From NCBI GenBank assembly GCA_910584695.1, contig CAJUBR010000003.1:8545-72544 (forward strand): DNA of 64,000 nt, given 5' to 3'. Under the pieces are notes generated by a model. It saw only the letters and a program-made list of their open reading frames with translations, had not been told where the DNA came from and ran no database searches. Below, piece by piece: positions 46,315-56,643 of the stretch (its first letter is position 1; the number at the start of each line of letters is the position of its first letter). A program made the position numbers and the translations under genes. The DNA comes from an uncultured Lachnospiraceae bacterium (GTDB taxonomy: Bacteria; Bacillota; Clostridia; Lachnospirales; Lachnospiraceae).

Positions 46315-47631
46315 TTATTCGTTGAAAATATCCGAAAGCATTTTCACTTCGTCATCAAATTGATATTTACTGTTTACATCTTGTATTAGGAATTCATTTA
46401 CCTGATGTATTTTTGAAATTGCAAAATCAATTTCAGGATTGGATCCTGCCTTATAAGCTCCAATGTTAATCAAATCTTCTGCTTCATTATATGTCGCCAT
46501 AACATTTTTTAATTTTCCCGCATCCTCTTTATGCTCTTTTGTTGCAATAGAACTCATACATCTCGAAATACTCTGTAAAACATCAATTGCGGGATAATGA
46601 TTTTTATGTCCCAGCTTTCTGGAAAGAATAATATGCCCGTCTAAAACACCTCGGGCCGTATCTGAAATCGGTTCATTAAAATCATCACCGTCAACCAATA
46701 CCGCATATAGGCCTGTAATAGATCCCTTTAAAGAATTTCCTGCCCGCTCTAAAACCTTAGGCAGTTCTGCGTAAACAGAAGGGGGATATCCCCTCGTAAC
46801 CGGTGGTTCACCAGAGGCTAATCCAATTTCCCTTTGTGCCATGCAAAAACGTGTCATATTATCCATCATTAGAAGAACATCCTTCCCCTGATCTCTGAAA
46901 TATTCTGCAATTGCCGTTGCTGTTTTCGCTGCTTTATTACGAATTAATGCCGGTTTATCAGAAGTTGCGATCACGAGAACAGAACGCTTCATTCCCTCTT
47001 CTCCAAGATCACGTTCAATAAACTCCCGTACCTCTCTTCCTCGCTCTCCTATCAATGCGATCACATTGATATCTGCCTTCGTATTTCTGGCAAACATCCC
47101 CATCAAGGTCGATTTACCGACACCGGAACCGGCAAAGATTCCTATCCTCTGTCCTTTTCCCACTGTGAGCATACCATCTACCGCTTTCACACCCAACGGG
47201 AGCACTTCCGAAATCATTTTACGCTTTAATGCATCCGGAGGAGGTGCTTCAATTGGATAAGTTTCCTTTAAATGCAGTTCTTTTCCGTCCAAGGGTCTTC
47301 CAAGTCCGTCAAGGGAACGTCCTAACAGTTCCTCTCCAACGTACACTTTAAGTGGCTCTTTTGTATTTTCCACAGTAGCACCAAGCCCAATCCCTTCTAC
47401 ACTTTCAAAGGGCATAAGCAGCACCCGGTTATCACGAAAACCCACCACCTCTGCCAGTACCTCTTGGGCACCATCCCTTGAGACAATCTTACATAAATCA
47501 TTTAATTTACAGGCAGGACCAATCGATTCAACGGTAAGTCCCACTATCTTTGCCACTTTTCCAAGTTCCTTTGCATAAGTGCGGTGAACTAAAGAAAAAT
47601 ATGGTTCATAATTAATCTCCAAATGCATCAC
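46315..47631 (-). CDS. fliI: Flagellum-specific ATPase FliI
   Basis: Walker A GSGVGKSTL and Walker B LLMMDN. F1-ATPase-like. Confidence 0.95.
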   Translation of the reverse strand: MMHLEINYEPYFSLVHRTYAKELGKVAKIVGLTVESIGPACKLNDLCKIVSRDGAQEVLAEVVGFRDNRVLLMPFESVEGIGLGATVENTKEPLKVYVGEELLGRSLDGLGRPLDGKELHLKETYPIEAPPPDALKRKMISEVLPLGVKAVDGMLTVGKGQRIGIFAGSGVGKSTLMGMFARNTKADINVIALIGERGREVREFIERDLGEEGMKRSVLVIATSDKPALIRNKAAKTATAIAEYFRDQGKDVLLMMDNMTRFCMAQREIGLASGEPPVTRGYPPSVYAELPKVLERAGNSLKGSITGLYAVLVDGDDFNEPISDTARGVLDGHIILSRKLGHKNHYPAIDVLQSISRCMSSIATKEHKEDAGKLKNVMATYNEAEDLINIGAYKAGSNPEIDFAISKIHQVNEFLIQDVNSKYQFDDEVKMLSDIFNE

Positions 47632-48519
47632 CTATTCCTGAATCATTAACTTCAATGCTTTCTTTAAATTATCAAGCTGTACGCCAAGACTTAAATCTAC
47701 AATTCCATTATCAGTCTCAATCAGACACTGCATCGGTGAAAGTTTTGCATCCTCAAAGACCTCTAAATCAATATTGGGATTTCCCGCTCCATATATTTCT
47801 TCTTTTCGTTCTGAAACTTCTTTATAATCATCACCGGATACCCGGATCACAAAATGTCTGCTATTATCCAGATCACGCATTGCTACATTAATCATATACA
47901 GAATAACATCTTTTTGATTCTCTATCACAACTCCGGTTACGGCAGGAATTAACTGACATAGAAGATCCACCATCTTCTGCTCGGTCGTCCTCACTAAAAG
48001 TTCCTCTTGTTCCTCTAATCTGGCAATGAACTCCTGCATCTGTTTTTCCATCTCTTCTTTTTTTTGTATACATTCATGATTGGCAGTGTCCAGCCCTTCC
48101 TGATATCCTTTTTGATATCCCTCTTCCCTGGCCTGTTTTTTTATCTCCTCAGCCTCCTCATAAGCCTGTGCACGCAGTTGTCTTACTTCCTCATGTGCAC
48201 CTGCAACAATCTCTTCTGCCTCCGTTTTGGCAGCCTTCACCATTTCACCTGCTATACCGGGCAGACTGGAAGAAAGAGTCTTTATATTATCAGCGTTCAT
48301 TGCCAAAAGAGCATCGTCCTCTTTTGACTCATCGTCTAATCCGGCATCCTGAATCATTGCCTCTGCCAATTCCTCTTCTACCGAATTCCCAGACAAAGCA
48401 GCGGCCTCTTGTTCTGTTTCTTCTATTCCTTTAATAATTTTACTTTCATTTGCGTCAATAACAAGAGCATTCTCCCTTGAAAATGCAACAAATCCCGACT
48501 TGATCAGATTAGACAACAA
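47632..48519 (-). CDS. fliH: Flagellar export protein FliH
   Basis: ORF 47632..48549. Start assigned to the TTG at 48519, with GGAGGTG 6 nt upstream. The track ATG would overlap fliG by 41 nt. It has a Glu-rich coiled coil and a FliH C-domain. Confidence 0.8.
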   Translation of the reverse strand: MLSNLIKSGFVAFSRENALVIDANESKIIKGIEETEQEAAALSGNSVEEELAEAMIQDAGLDDESKEDDALLAMNADNIKTLSSSLPGIAGEMVKAAKTEAEEIVAGAHEEVRQLRAQAYEEAEEIKKQAREEGYQKGYQEGLDTANHECIQKKEEMEKQMQEFIARLEEQEELLVRTTEQKMVDLLCQLIPAVTGVVIENQKDVILYMINVAMRDLDNSRHFVIRVSGDDYKEVSERKEEIYGAGNPNIDLEVFEDAKLSPMQCLIETDNGIVDLSLGVQLDNLKKALKLMIQE

Positions 48520-49519
48520 TCTCGTCACCTCCACCACGAGAAACAACAATCTCGCCTGAATCTTCTAACTTTCGGATAATATTTACAATCTTTTGCTGTG
48601 CCTCTTCTACATCTTTCAATCTGATTGGACCCATATATTCCATATCTTCCTTTATCATTGCAGCAAGACGGGATGACAAATTATTAAAGATACAGTCTTG
48701 AACATCAGCATTTGCATTTTTAAGTGCAGTTGCAAGTTCGTTATTATCAACCTCTCGAAGAACAGTCTGGATTGCACGATTATCCAGAGTAAGAATATCC
48801 TCAAATACAAACATCTTACGTCTGATTTCATCCGCCAGTTCCGGTTCTTCCACTTCTAAGATTTCCATAATATGCTTCTCTGTTGTTCTGTCAACTGTAT
48901 TCAAAATAGAAACAATGGCATCTACACCACCAACAATCGTGTAATCCTGACTGACCAGAGAAGATAATTTCTTTTCCAGTATTTTCTCTACTTCCTTGAT
49001 GACATCAGGACTGGTACGATCCATTAATGCAATACGCTTCGCAACATCTGCCTGCTTTTCAGAAGGCAGGGAACCTACAACAGCGGCAGCCTGATTTGGC
49101 GGCAGATAAGCCAAAATAAGTGCAATCGTCTGCGGATGTTCGTCCTGAATAAAATTAAGAAGCTGGGACGGATCTGCCTTTCGCACAAATTCGAAAGGAC
49201 GGACCTGCAAAGATGCTGTAAGTCTTCCGATCACATCCATTGCTTTCTCTTCGCCAAGTGCTTTATCAAGCAGTTCTTTTGCATATCCGATACCGCCTTC
49301 TGCAATATATTGCTGGGCCAGACACACTTCATAAAACTCTTCTAACACTTGTTCCTTTAATTCCGAAGATACACTTCTTGTATTTGCAATTTCCAATGTC
49401 AAAGCCTCTATTTCATCTTCTCTCAAATGTTTAAAGACTGTTGCCGATTTTTCAGGACCTAGAGAGATCAGAAGAACTGCTGCTTTCTGTGCCCCTGTCA
49501 TTTCCTCTATATCATACAT
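48509..49519 (-). CDS. fliG: Flagellar motor switch protein FliG
   Basis: EHPQTIALILAYL and MFVFEDI motifs. 336 aa. Confidence 0.95.
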   Translation of the reverse strand: MYDIEEMTGAQKAAVLLISLGPEKSATVFKHLREDEIEALTLEIANTRSVSSELKEQVLEEFYEVCLAQQYIAEGGIGYAKELLDKALGEEKAMDVIGRLTASLQVRPFEFVRKADPSQLLNFIQDEHPQTIALILAYLPPNQAAAVVGSLPSEKQADVAKRIALMDRTSPDVIKEVEKILEKKLSSLVSQDYTIVGGVDAIVSILNTVDRTTEKHIMEILEVEEPELADEIRRKMFVFEDILTLDNRAIQTVLREVDNNELATALKNANADVQDCIFNNLSSRLAAMIKEDMEYMGPIRLKDVEEAQQKIVNIIRKLEDSGEIVVSRGGGDEIVV

Positions 49520-49558
49520 TTTTATTCCGCCTTTCCTTCAAAACGCTGTATCAATCTT

Positions 49559-51175
49559 TTATTCCCATTCTTCATTTAACCAATTACGGAGCAGTAGTGC
49601 AACCTCTTCCGGATTCTCGTCAACAAACCGCTCAATCTGCTGTCTCGTAGCAGATTTATCACTAAATTCAATATCCTCTAATGCCTGATTTTCTTTTGTC
49701 GTTGCAAGGAGGGCTTCAACTGATAATTCTGGTTCTAACTCTGTTACTTCTACCGGTTTCATTCCTTTAAATACAACAAAGCAAAGAAGTCCTACAATCA
49801 GAATCGCCAGTAAAAACTGTAAATAATTTGTCGCTGTATCCGCAACACTCTCTTCTTTCGGATAAAAAAGCGGTACTTCAAATGCCTGAATCTTAATATT
49901 ATCTGCACTAATACCGGTTGCCTTTTCTACCATTGCATAGGTATCTTCATCCACTTCTAACGGTTTTTTCTCTTCGTTTTCTGACTGAAATGTTTCAAAA
50001 TCCGTTCCTTTTAATTGTCCGGCTTTTTTCATTTTCGCTTCATCATACACAACATATTTGCTAAGCATCACTGCAATGGAGGAATTTGCTGTATTCACAG
50101 TACCAATCGCCTTTTTTGTAAGCGTTGTTGTGGTACTGGTATCATACGCTTCCTTTATAACATTGGCATTACTGTTCGCAGCAGCACCGTTAGTAATATT
50201 ATAATCCGTAACCGCACCACCATTAGTATCAGTTCCTGGAATCCCGGAAGTTCCGTCTGTATTTTCAGCATTATAATAATAATAGCTGTTTTTAGGTCCC
50301 GTATCATCTTCCTCGTCATCTGTATATTTATGTTCGTCTTGAATTTCCGTCTCATCTAAATCAAGATCCAGATTTGCTGCAACTTCTGCATCATTATATA
50401 CACCGGAATTAACCAGCAGACTTCTGACTTTATCTTCCAGTCCGCTAGTCACCTGATTGGTTACTTTAACAACTGCTGCACCTTTTCCGGTTGTAGTAGA
50501 GGTATCGTTATCCCCCCCAAAAAGCAGAGTTCCTGTCTGGTCAATAATCCGAATCGTATCGGTTTTTATATTACCGAGACCCGTAGCCACATAATTTGCA
50601 ATTCCTTCAATACTCGCCTCAGAAAGTTCATCCGTTGTAGTCAGCATCACACTGGCTGACGTTTCTTTCTCATCCGCAAGTACGGAATTGGAAGAATCCG
50701 GAATGGTGATCTGAACGGAAGCCTGTTTCACACCTTGCACATGCTGCAAATCATTTGACATCTGTTTTTGCAGGTATATTTTTTTCTTTAACTTTCTTTC
50801 GTCATCTGTTGTTGACATACTGGTATCATATAAGTCTTTCTCACTGTCATCCTTACTCGTGGCGATATTATTCTCTCCCAGTGCAAGTCTGGCATCTGAT
50901 TCATTTTTTTCATCTACAGAAAACGTTAAGCCATTTCCGGACACAGTATATTTTATTCCTGCCCCAACCAATACTTCTTTTGCAGCCGCTGCATCTGTTG
51001 TATTATCAAATGTTACCAATTCCACATATTTGGTACGGTTTAGTAATAAAACCAATGCAACCAATGTAAAAATAACCGCTGCCGAAATAGAGATGATCAA
51101 CGTTTTTTGTTTACTTGTAAAACGATTCCAAAATTCAACAAATTTAGTCTGAATTGATTTTAATCTGTCTAACAT
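49559..51175 (-). CDS. fliF: Flagellar MS-ring protein FliF
   Basis: 538 aa with N- and C-terminal TM helices flanking ring-building domains. The C-terminal FliG-binding tail is VALLLRNWL. Confidence 0.92.
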   Translation of the reverse strand: MLDRLKSIQTKFVEFWNRFTSKQKTLIISISAAVIFTLVALVLLLNRTKYVELVTFDNTTDAAAAKEVLVGAGIKYTVSGNGLTFSVDEKNESDARLALGENNIATSKDDSEKDLYDTSMSTTDDERKLKKKIYLQKQMSNDLQHVQGVKQASVQITIPDSSNSVLADEKETSASVMLTTTDELSEASIEGIANYVATGLGNIKTDTIRIIDQTGTLLFGGDNDTSTTTGKGAAVVKVTNQVTSGLEDKVRSLLVNSGVYNDAEVAANLDLDLDETEIQDEHKYTDDEEDDTGPKNSYYYYNAENTDGTSGIPGTDTNGGAVTDYNITNGAAANSNANVIKEAYDTSTTTTLTKKAIGTVNTANSSIAVMLSKYVVYDEAKMKKAGQLKGTDFETFQSENEEKKPLEVDEDTYAMVEKATGISADNIKIQAFEVPLFYPKEESVADTATNYLQFLLAILIVGLLCFVVFKGMKPVEVTELEPELSVEALLATTKENQALEDIEFSDKSATRQQIERFVDENPEEVALLLRNWLNEEWE

Positions 51176-51243
51176 ATTGCTCCTTGCCGGATATCATAAT
51201 CCATTTATCCCTTATTCTCAAATTTTACGAGCCAAATATCGGA

Positions 51244-51552
51244 TTAAACCTGCATATTCATAAGCTCTTTATATGCCTCAAGTGCTTTGTTTGTAACCTT
51301 TACCGTATACTGCAATGCAATATTAGCTTTTTGCTGAGCTGCTGCAAGTTCATGGGTACTTGATGCATAACCAAGTGCAAAATTGATTTCTGATTCCTCT
51401 GCGGCATTTTGTAATCCATCTGCTTCTTTATACATATTAATTGCAGAATTTAACAAATGATCAAATGCAGTGCGATTCTCTTTGCTTACCTTTGATAGAC
51501 TCAAATTTTCTGTTAGTAAGTTTTGTGTATTGTTTATCGCAGAAACTGCCAT
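51244..51552 (-). CDS. fliE: Flagellar hook-basal body protein FliE
   Basis: 102 aa, positioned between flgC and fliF, with a C-terminal KALEAYKELMNMQV pattern. Confidence 0.88.
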   Translation of the reverse strand: MAVSAINNTQNLLTENLSLSKVSKENRTAFDHLLNSAINMYKEADGLQNAAEESEINFALGYASSTHELAAAQQKANIALQYTVKVTNKALEAYKELMNMQV

Positions 51553-51642
51553 GTGTATTCACCTACCTGTCATAAATTTATTATACATATTTCTCTTTTC
51601 TACGAACAGTCAACAATCCCGTTTACAAGCGGCGGAATGTTA

Positions 51643-52086
51643 CTACTGTAATAACTCAAGACCTTTTGCTGCCATTGCTTTTGCCCCGTTAAATACCGTT
51701 GCATTTGCCTCGTATGATCTGCTGGCATCAATCAGGTTTGTCATCTCCGTAACAGTATTCACATTGGGACGTTCCACATATCCGTTTTCGTCTGCATCCG
51801 GATGATCCGGGTCATAGGTCAGTATACCATCCGATGAATCCTCAACAATGGCAGCAATCTTAACCCCATGTGCCTGATATGTCTCTAATTTGTTATTTAA
51901 AACGCTGTCAAACGTCGCACTGGAATTCTCACGAAATACTACAGTCTGACGCTTATATACCTGTCCGTTTTCATTACGGGTTGTATTTACATTCGCTATA
52001 TTCTGGGAAATAATATCCATTCTGGTACGCTGTGCCGTCATTCCCGAAGCTGCAACATCCATTGCATTAAAAATTCCGCTACTCAT
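51643..52086 (-). CDS. flgC: Flagellar proximal rod protein FlgC
   Basis: IISQNIANVNTTR motif. 147 aa. Confidence 0.95.
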   Translation of the reverse strand: MSSGIFNAMDVAASGMTAQRTRMDIISQNIANVNTTRNENGQVYKRQTVVFRENSSATFDSVLNNKLETYQAHGVKIAAIVEDSSDGILTYDPDHPDADENGYVERPNVNTVTEMTNLIDASRSYEANATVFNGAKAMAAKGLELLQ

Positions 52087-52100
52087 ATGTTATCCCTCCA

Positions 52101-52493
52101 TTATTGCGATAAAACTGTTCTATATCTGGCAAACTCCTGTTTCATCAAATCCACTAATGCATCATACCGAATCTGGCTTTGTGCATACATTGCATTTTCC
52201 GTATCCACATCCACATTATTGCCGTCAAGACGGTAAGACAATGTAGAGGAATCGGTATAAATCAACCCGCCAAAATCTGATAAATGTGTATTAATATCTG
52301 CAATGCGTTCATCAAGAGAATCATCTCCTATCATAGCCTGCTGCAGATAATTTTCAAATGCAACATCTTTTCTTTTATAGTTTGGCGTATCCACATTGGC
52401 AAGATTATTTGCAATAATTTCATTTCTGGAATTTGCTGCATCCGCAGCTTTATTCAGTACATTAACGTAATTGTAAATATTGGTATTGATCAT
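52101..52493 (-). CDS. flgB: Flagellar proximal rod protein FlgB
   Basis: ORF 52101..52514 trimmed to MINTNIY (SD AAAGGAGG). The IANNLANVDTPNYKR motif is present. Confidence 0.93.
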   Translation of the reverse strand: MINTNIYNYVNVLNKAADAANSRNEIIANNLANVDTPNYKRKDVAFENYLQQAMIGDDSLDERIADINTHLSDFGGLIYTDSSTLSYRLDGNNVDVDTENAMYAQSQIRYDALVDLMKQEFARYRTVLSQ

Positions 52494-52588
52494 ACCGTAT
52501 CCTCCTTTATTCATAAAAATAACAATAGCAAAAGAAAAGATTTCCGAAAAAAACCTGCAAATCCTTTTGCTATCATAAAATCCTTTTA

Positions 52589-53359
52589 TTACCTATGCAG
52601 TTTGTCTAGTTCGTCAAACACAACTTCATTTAAAACCTTAATATAGGTTCCTTTCATACCGGAAGATCTGGTTTCAATCACACCGGCACTCTCAAACTTA
52701 CGAAGTGCATTTACAATAACGGAACGCGTAATACCAACTCTGTCTGCAATCTTAGATGCCACTAAAATTCCTTCCATCCCTGAAAGTTCATCGAATACAT
52801 GAAAAATTGCCTCTTTCTCCGAGCTTGATAACGTCGCAACTGCTGAACGGACAATGGATACCTTCCGGTCCTCTTCTGCCGATTCTTCATTCACACTCCG
52901 CATCATTTCCAAACCAACCACCGTGGTTCCGTATTCGCTTAAAATAATGTCATCAATGGTATACTGTCTGCTTTCCTTGTACATAAAAACGGTTCCTAAC
53001 CGTTCACCTGCTATATCTATGGGAGATATAATCGCCTGATAATGATCCAGATTATCGAATTCAAATCCCAGTGTTGCCAGATTGACATTTTCTTTTGTTG
53101 ACAAAACTCCTAATAATCTTTCATTCAGCATTGGGTCAATAAAACCACCCACATTCGCGGCAATTAATTCCGTTATCTCACTGATATCTGAACGGTTCTT
53201 AATACCTAAAACCTTTCCCTTCCTACTGATCACCAAAACATCAGATTCCAGAATTTCACTTAACACCCTGCAGATATCATTAAAAATAACCTTATGAGAA
53301 CTGTTATTATGTAAAAGCTGATTAATTTTTCTCGTTTTATCTAATAACTGTACGCTCAT
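52589..53359 (-). CDS. codY: GTP/BCAA-sensing global repressor CodY
   Basis: ORF trimmed to MSVQLLDKTRKINQLL (SD GGAGGAG). It has a GAF-like N-domain and a C-terminal wHTH (ASKIADRVGITRSVIVNALRKFESAG). Confidence 0.95.
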   Translation of the reverse strand: MSVQLLDKTRKINQLLHNNSSHKVIFNDICRVLSEILESDVLVISRKGKVLGIKNRSDISEITELIAANVGGFIDPMLNERLLGVLSTKENVNLATLGFEFDNLDHYQAIISPIDIAGERLGTVFMYKESRQYTIDDIILSEYGTTVVGLEMMRSVNEESAEEDRKVSIVRSAVATLSSSEKEAIFHVFDELSGMEGILVASKIADRVGITRSVIVNALRKFESAGVIETRSSGMKGTYIKVLNEVVFDELDKLHR

Positions 53360-53415
53360 AGTCTCCTCCATTCGCAAAGTAATTCTAACACAAATTGAAA
53401 ACAATAACAAGAATT

Positions 53416-55503
53416 TTATGAGATTTCATTATTATCTTTCTTTATTTTTTCACATACAAACCCACATTCTCCATTGCTGCAGACTAATTTATTTCCTTTT
53501 ATTAACATAATACTGCCACATTTTTGACATTTTACAGAAGATGGTTTCTGCCATGACATAAAGTCACATTCCGGGTTATCAATACATCCATAGTACTTTC
53601 TTCCCTTCTTTGTCTTTTTCAGAACAATGTCCTTTCCACATTTCGGACATTCTACTCCGATCTTTTCATAATATGGCTTTGTAAAACGACATTCCGGGAA
53701 TCCCGGACAGGCAAGAAACTTTCCATGGGGTCCGTATTTTATTACGAGATTCTTTCCGCAGACCTCACAAAGTTCGTCTGTCACTTCATCTTCTATCTTG
53801 ATATGTTCTAATTCCTTGTTTGCTGCCTGAACTGCTTCTTCCAGATCCGGATAAAAATTAGCCACCACTGTTTTCCAGTTAATGGAACCTTCCTCCACAT
53901 TATCCAGTAAGGACTCCATATTGGCAGTAAATTCCGTATCCACAATAGCAGGAAATGCCTTAACCATAATCTGATTCACCGCTTCCCCAAGCTCTGTCAC
54001 ATAAAGATTCCGATTCTCTTTTACTACATATCTTCTTGCGAGAATGGTCGAAATGGTTGGGGCATAAGTGCTGGGTCTTCCGATTCCTAATTCTTCCAGC
54101 TTCCTTACAAGTGAACCTTCCGTATAATGTGCTGGCGGCTGGGTAAAGTGCTGCTTGTCAATAAAGCTTTCCACTGTAACCGGCGTATCCTTTCCAATGT
54201 TTTTGAATAGATTTTTCTGTTCGTCATTTTCATCTTCCATGACATAAACAGCCATAAATCCGTCAAATACAAGCTTTGTTGAAGTTGCACCAAATTCATA
54301 TCCTCCAGATTCAAACTTGATTGTCTCACTTTCATAGGTTGCAGACTCCATCCGACTTGCCAGAAAACGGTTATAGATCAACTGATATAAGCGGAACTGT
54401 TCTCTCGACAACTGTTCTTTTACCTTAACAGGAGAAAGGGTTACATCCGTAGGCCGGATTGCCTCATGTGCATCCTGTATCTTTTTTCCGTTGTCTGTCT
54501 TTTTATTTTCACTTCCAATATACTCTTTTCCATACTGCTTCTCAATGTAATCAACTGCTGATGCATTTGCTTCTTCTGAGATACGTACAGAGTCTGTTCT
54601 TAAATATGTGATAAGACCGATACTTCCTCTTCCTTTTATTTCTACCCCTTCATAAAGCTGCTGTGCAATCCGCATCGTTTTTCCAGTTGCAAAATTTAAT
54701 TTCTTTGCTGCCTCCTGCTGCAGGGTAGATGTTGTAAAAGGAAGCGGAGATTTTTTCGTTCTTGTCGCTTTTTTGATGTCCTTAACAGAAAGAGCTGCAC
54801 CGGCAAGATCTTTTAGCACATGATCCATTTCTTCTTTTGAATGGATTTCCGCCCTGCCTTTTGGCGTTTTTTGAAGTTTTGCTAAAAACGTCTTTCTGCT
54901 TCCATCCGCCCTTACTTCCGCCTCTAAAGTCCAGTATTCTTCCGGTATAAAGCTGTTAATTTCATCTTCTTTGTCGCAGATTAACCTAAGGGCAACAGAC
55001 TGAACACGCCCGGCACTTAATCCTCTTTTTATCTTTACCCATAAAAGCGGACTGATCTTATAACCCACCATGCGGTCAAGAATGCGTCTTGCCTGTTGGG
55101 CATCCACCAGTTTCATATCAATATTTCTTGCATTTTTAAGAGAACCCTTCACTGCACTTTTGGTAATCTCATTAAAGGTAATTCTTTTAAATTTTTTATC
55201 TTCTAGCTTAAGGGCTTTTGACAAATGCCAGGAGATTGCTTCTCCCTCACGGTCCGGGTCCGTTGCAAGATATATTTTATCTGCCTTCTTAACTTCTTTC
55301 CGGAGAGTAGCCAGCAATTCTCCTTTCCCACGAATTGTAATATATTTGGGTTCAAAATCATGTTCTATATCAATCCCCATCTGGGATTTAGGTAAATCTC
55401 TTACGTGTCCGTTAGAAGCAATCACTTCATAAGTACTTCCAAGAAATTTTTTAATTGTCTTAGCTTTTGCCGGTGACTCCACAATTACAAGGTTCTTTGC
55501 CAT
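53416..55503 (-). CDS. topA: DNA topoisomerase I
   Basis: Toprim MAKNLVIVESPAKAKTI, the active-site region, and three C-terminal Cys4 zinc ribbons. Confidence 0.95.
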   Translation of the reverse strand: MAKNLVIVESPAKAKTIKKFLGSTYEVIASNGHVRDLPKSQMGIDIEHDFEPKYITIRGKGELLATLRKEVKKADKIYLATDPDREGEAISWHLSKALKLEDKKFKRITFNEITKSAVKGSLKNARNIDMKLVDAQQARRILDRMVGYKISPLLWVKIKRGLSAGRVQSVALRLICDKEDEINSFIPEEYWTLEAEVRADGSRKTFLAKLQKTPKGRAEIHSKEEMDHVLKDLAGAALSVKDIKKATRTKKSPLPFTTSTLQQEAAKKLNFATGKTMRIAQQLYEGVEIKGRGSIGLITYLRTDSVRISEEANASAVDYIEKQYGKEYIGSENKKTDNGKKIQDAHEAIRPTDVTLSPVKVKEQLSREQFRLYQLIYNRFLASRMESATYESETIKFESGGYEFGATSTKLVFDGFMAVYVMEDENDEQKNLFKNIGKDTPVTVESFIDKQHFTQPPAHYTEGSLVRKLEELGIGRPSTYAPTISTILARRYVVKENRNLYVTELGEAVNQIMVKAFPAIVDTEFTANMESLLDNVEEGSINWKTVVANFYPDLEEAVQAANKELEHIKIEDEVTDELCEVCGKNLVIKYGPHGKFLACPGFPECRFTKPYYEKIGVECPKCGKDIVLKKTKKGRKYYGCIDNPECDFMSWQKPSSVKCQKCGSIMLIKGNKLVCSNGECGFVCEKIKKDNNEIS

Positions 55504-55533
55504 AGCTTGGCTCCTTCCAGTTATCATTATTTT

Positions 55534-56643
55534 TTATAACTTTATTGCATAATAATTTCTCGCTGTCTCTGCGATGATCCCACTTATGACCATCCTGTTT
55601 AAGGTCATACATATTTGCTGGGGTGCAATTTTCAATTCATCAATAATATCATCCAGATATTTTGGTTCAATCCGCAAACAACTATACACCATTTTTTCAA
55701 TAGGTGCAAGTGACATTTTATCTGCAATCTCCTCTACCCTGTTCAAATCATTTAATTTGGGAACCTTTTTTCTCTCTATTTGAAGAATTTCAAGAACATC
55801 TTCCACCTCGGTCACGATATGGGCTCCAAGCTTAATTAAATTATTACAGCCTGCACTTTTTTCATCCATCACCCGCCCCGGAAGTGCAAAAATCTCTTTC
55901 CCCTGCTCAAGCCCCTGATCCACCGTAATAAATGTACCGCTTTTTTCCATTGCCTCCACCACCAGGATTCCGTCGCAAAAACCTGCAATCAGACGGTTAC
56001 GCTGTGGAAAGAGCCCCGGTGATGGAGCAATTCCCATATTACTTTCGGATAAGATTCCCCCTGACTGCTGCATCCTGATAAATAACCGGTAATTTTCTTT
56101 CGGATAAACCTGATCGATTCCTCCTCCCAATATCCCCAACGTATAACCGGAAGCCTCCAATGCACCCACATGTGCCATTCCGTCAATACCTCTTGCCAAT
56201 CCGCTGATAATGGGAACGTGACATTTCGAAAGCTCCCTTCCGAAAAAACGTGCCATTTCCATTCCGTATCTGGTGCAATTCCTTGCGCCTATAATCGCAA
56301 TTGCTTTTCTCCCTTCTTCCGGCAGGTGCCCTTTTACATATAGACTGTAAGGTGCATCCGGAATCACCCGAAGGCGTTTCGGATATTCTGTCATATCCTG
56401 ATGTATAAATGATATCCGATTCTCTATCAGTTTTTGATAACCGCTTTGTATCCTGTCTTTATCACGGGAAAGCAAAAACGCTTTTTTTTGTTTTTGCGTC
56501 TTTAATATAGGAAGAACGACCTCTTCATCCGCCTCATAAACGGATCTGGGATTTTTAAATACTTCCAGTAATCTGCGTATTGTATCTCTTCCCACCCCGT
56601 CTATATTGGTTAACCAGTACCAATAAAAATCCTCCTGCTTCAT
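55534..56643 (-). CDS. dprA: DNA processing protein DprA (Smf)
   Basis: Rossmann-like core IISGLARGIDGMAH...GGGID. 369 aa. Confidence 0.9.
   Translation of the reverse strand: MKQEDFYWYWLTNIDGVGRDTIRRLLEVFKNPRSVYEADEEVVLPILKTQKQKKAFLLSRDKDRIQSGYQKLIENRISFIHQDMTEYPKRLRVIPDAPYSLYVKGHLPEEGRKAIAIIGARNCTRYGMEMARFFGRELSKCHVPIISGLARGIDGMAHVGALEASGYTLGILGGGIDQVYPKENYRLFIRMQQSGGILSESNMGIAPSPGLFPQRNRLIAGFCDGILVVEAMEKSGTFITVDQGLEQGKEIFALPGRVMDEKSAGCNNLIKLGAHIVTEVEDVLEILQIERKKVPKLNDLNRVEEIADKMSLAPIEKMVYSCLRIEPKYLDDIIDELKIAPQQICMTLNRMVISGIIAETARNYYAIKL

Noticed and set aside
51236-51243. Sigma-28 -10-like TCCGATAT (reverse strand) between fliE and fliF.
   Set aside because: It matches 7 of 8 positions only, and there is no TAAA-like -35 at 14-16 nt.
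52515-52588. Tried to define the main fla/che promoter upstream of flgB.
   Set aside because: Only a TATGAT-like box with no properly spaced -35 and a weak codY-distal hairpin are visible. I cannot support a call without transcription start site data.
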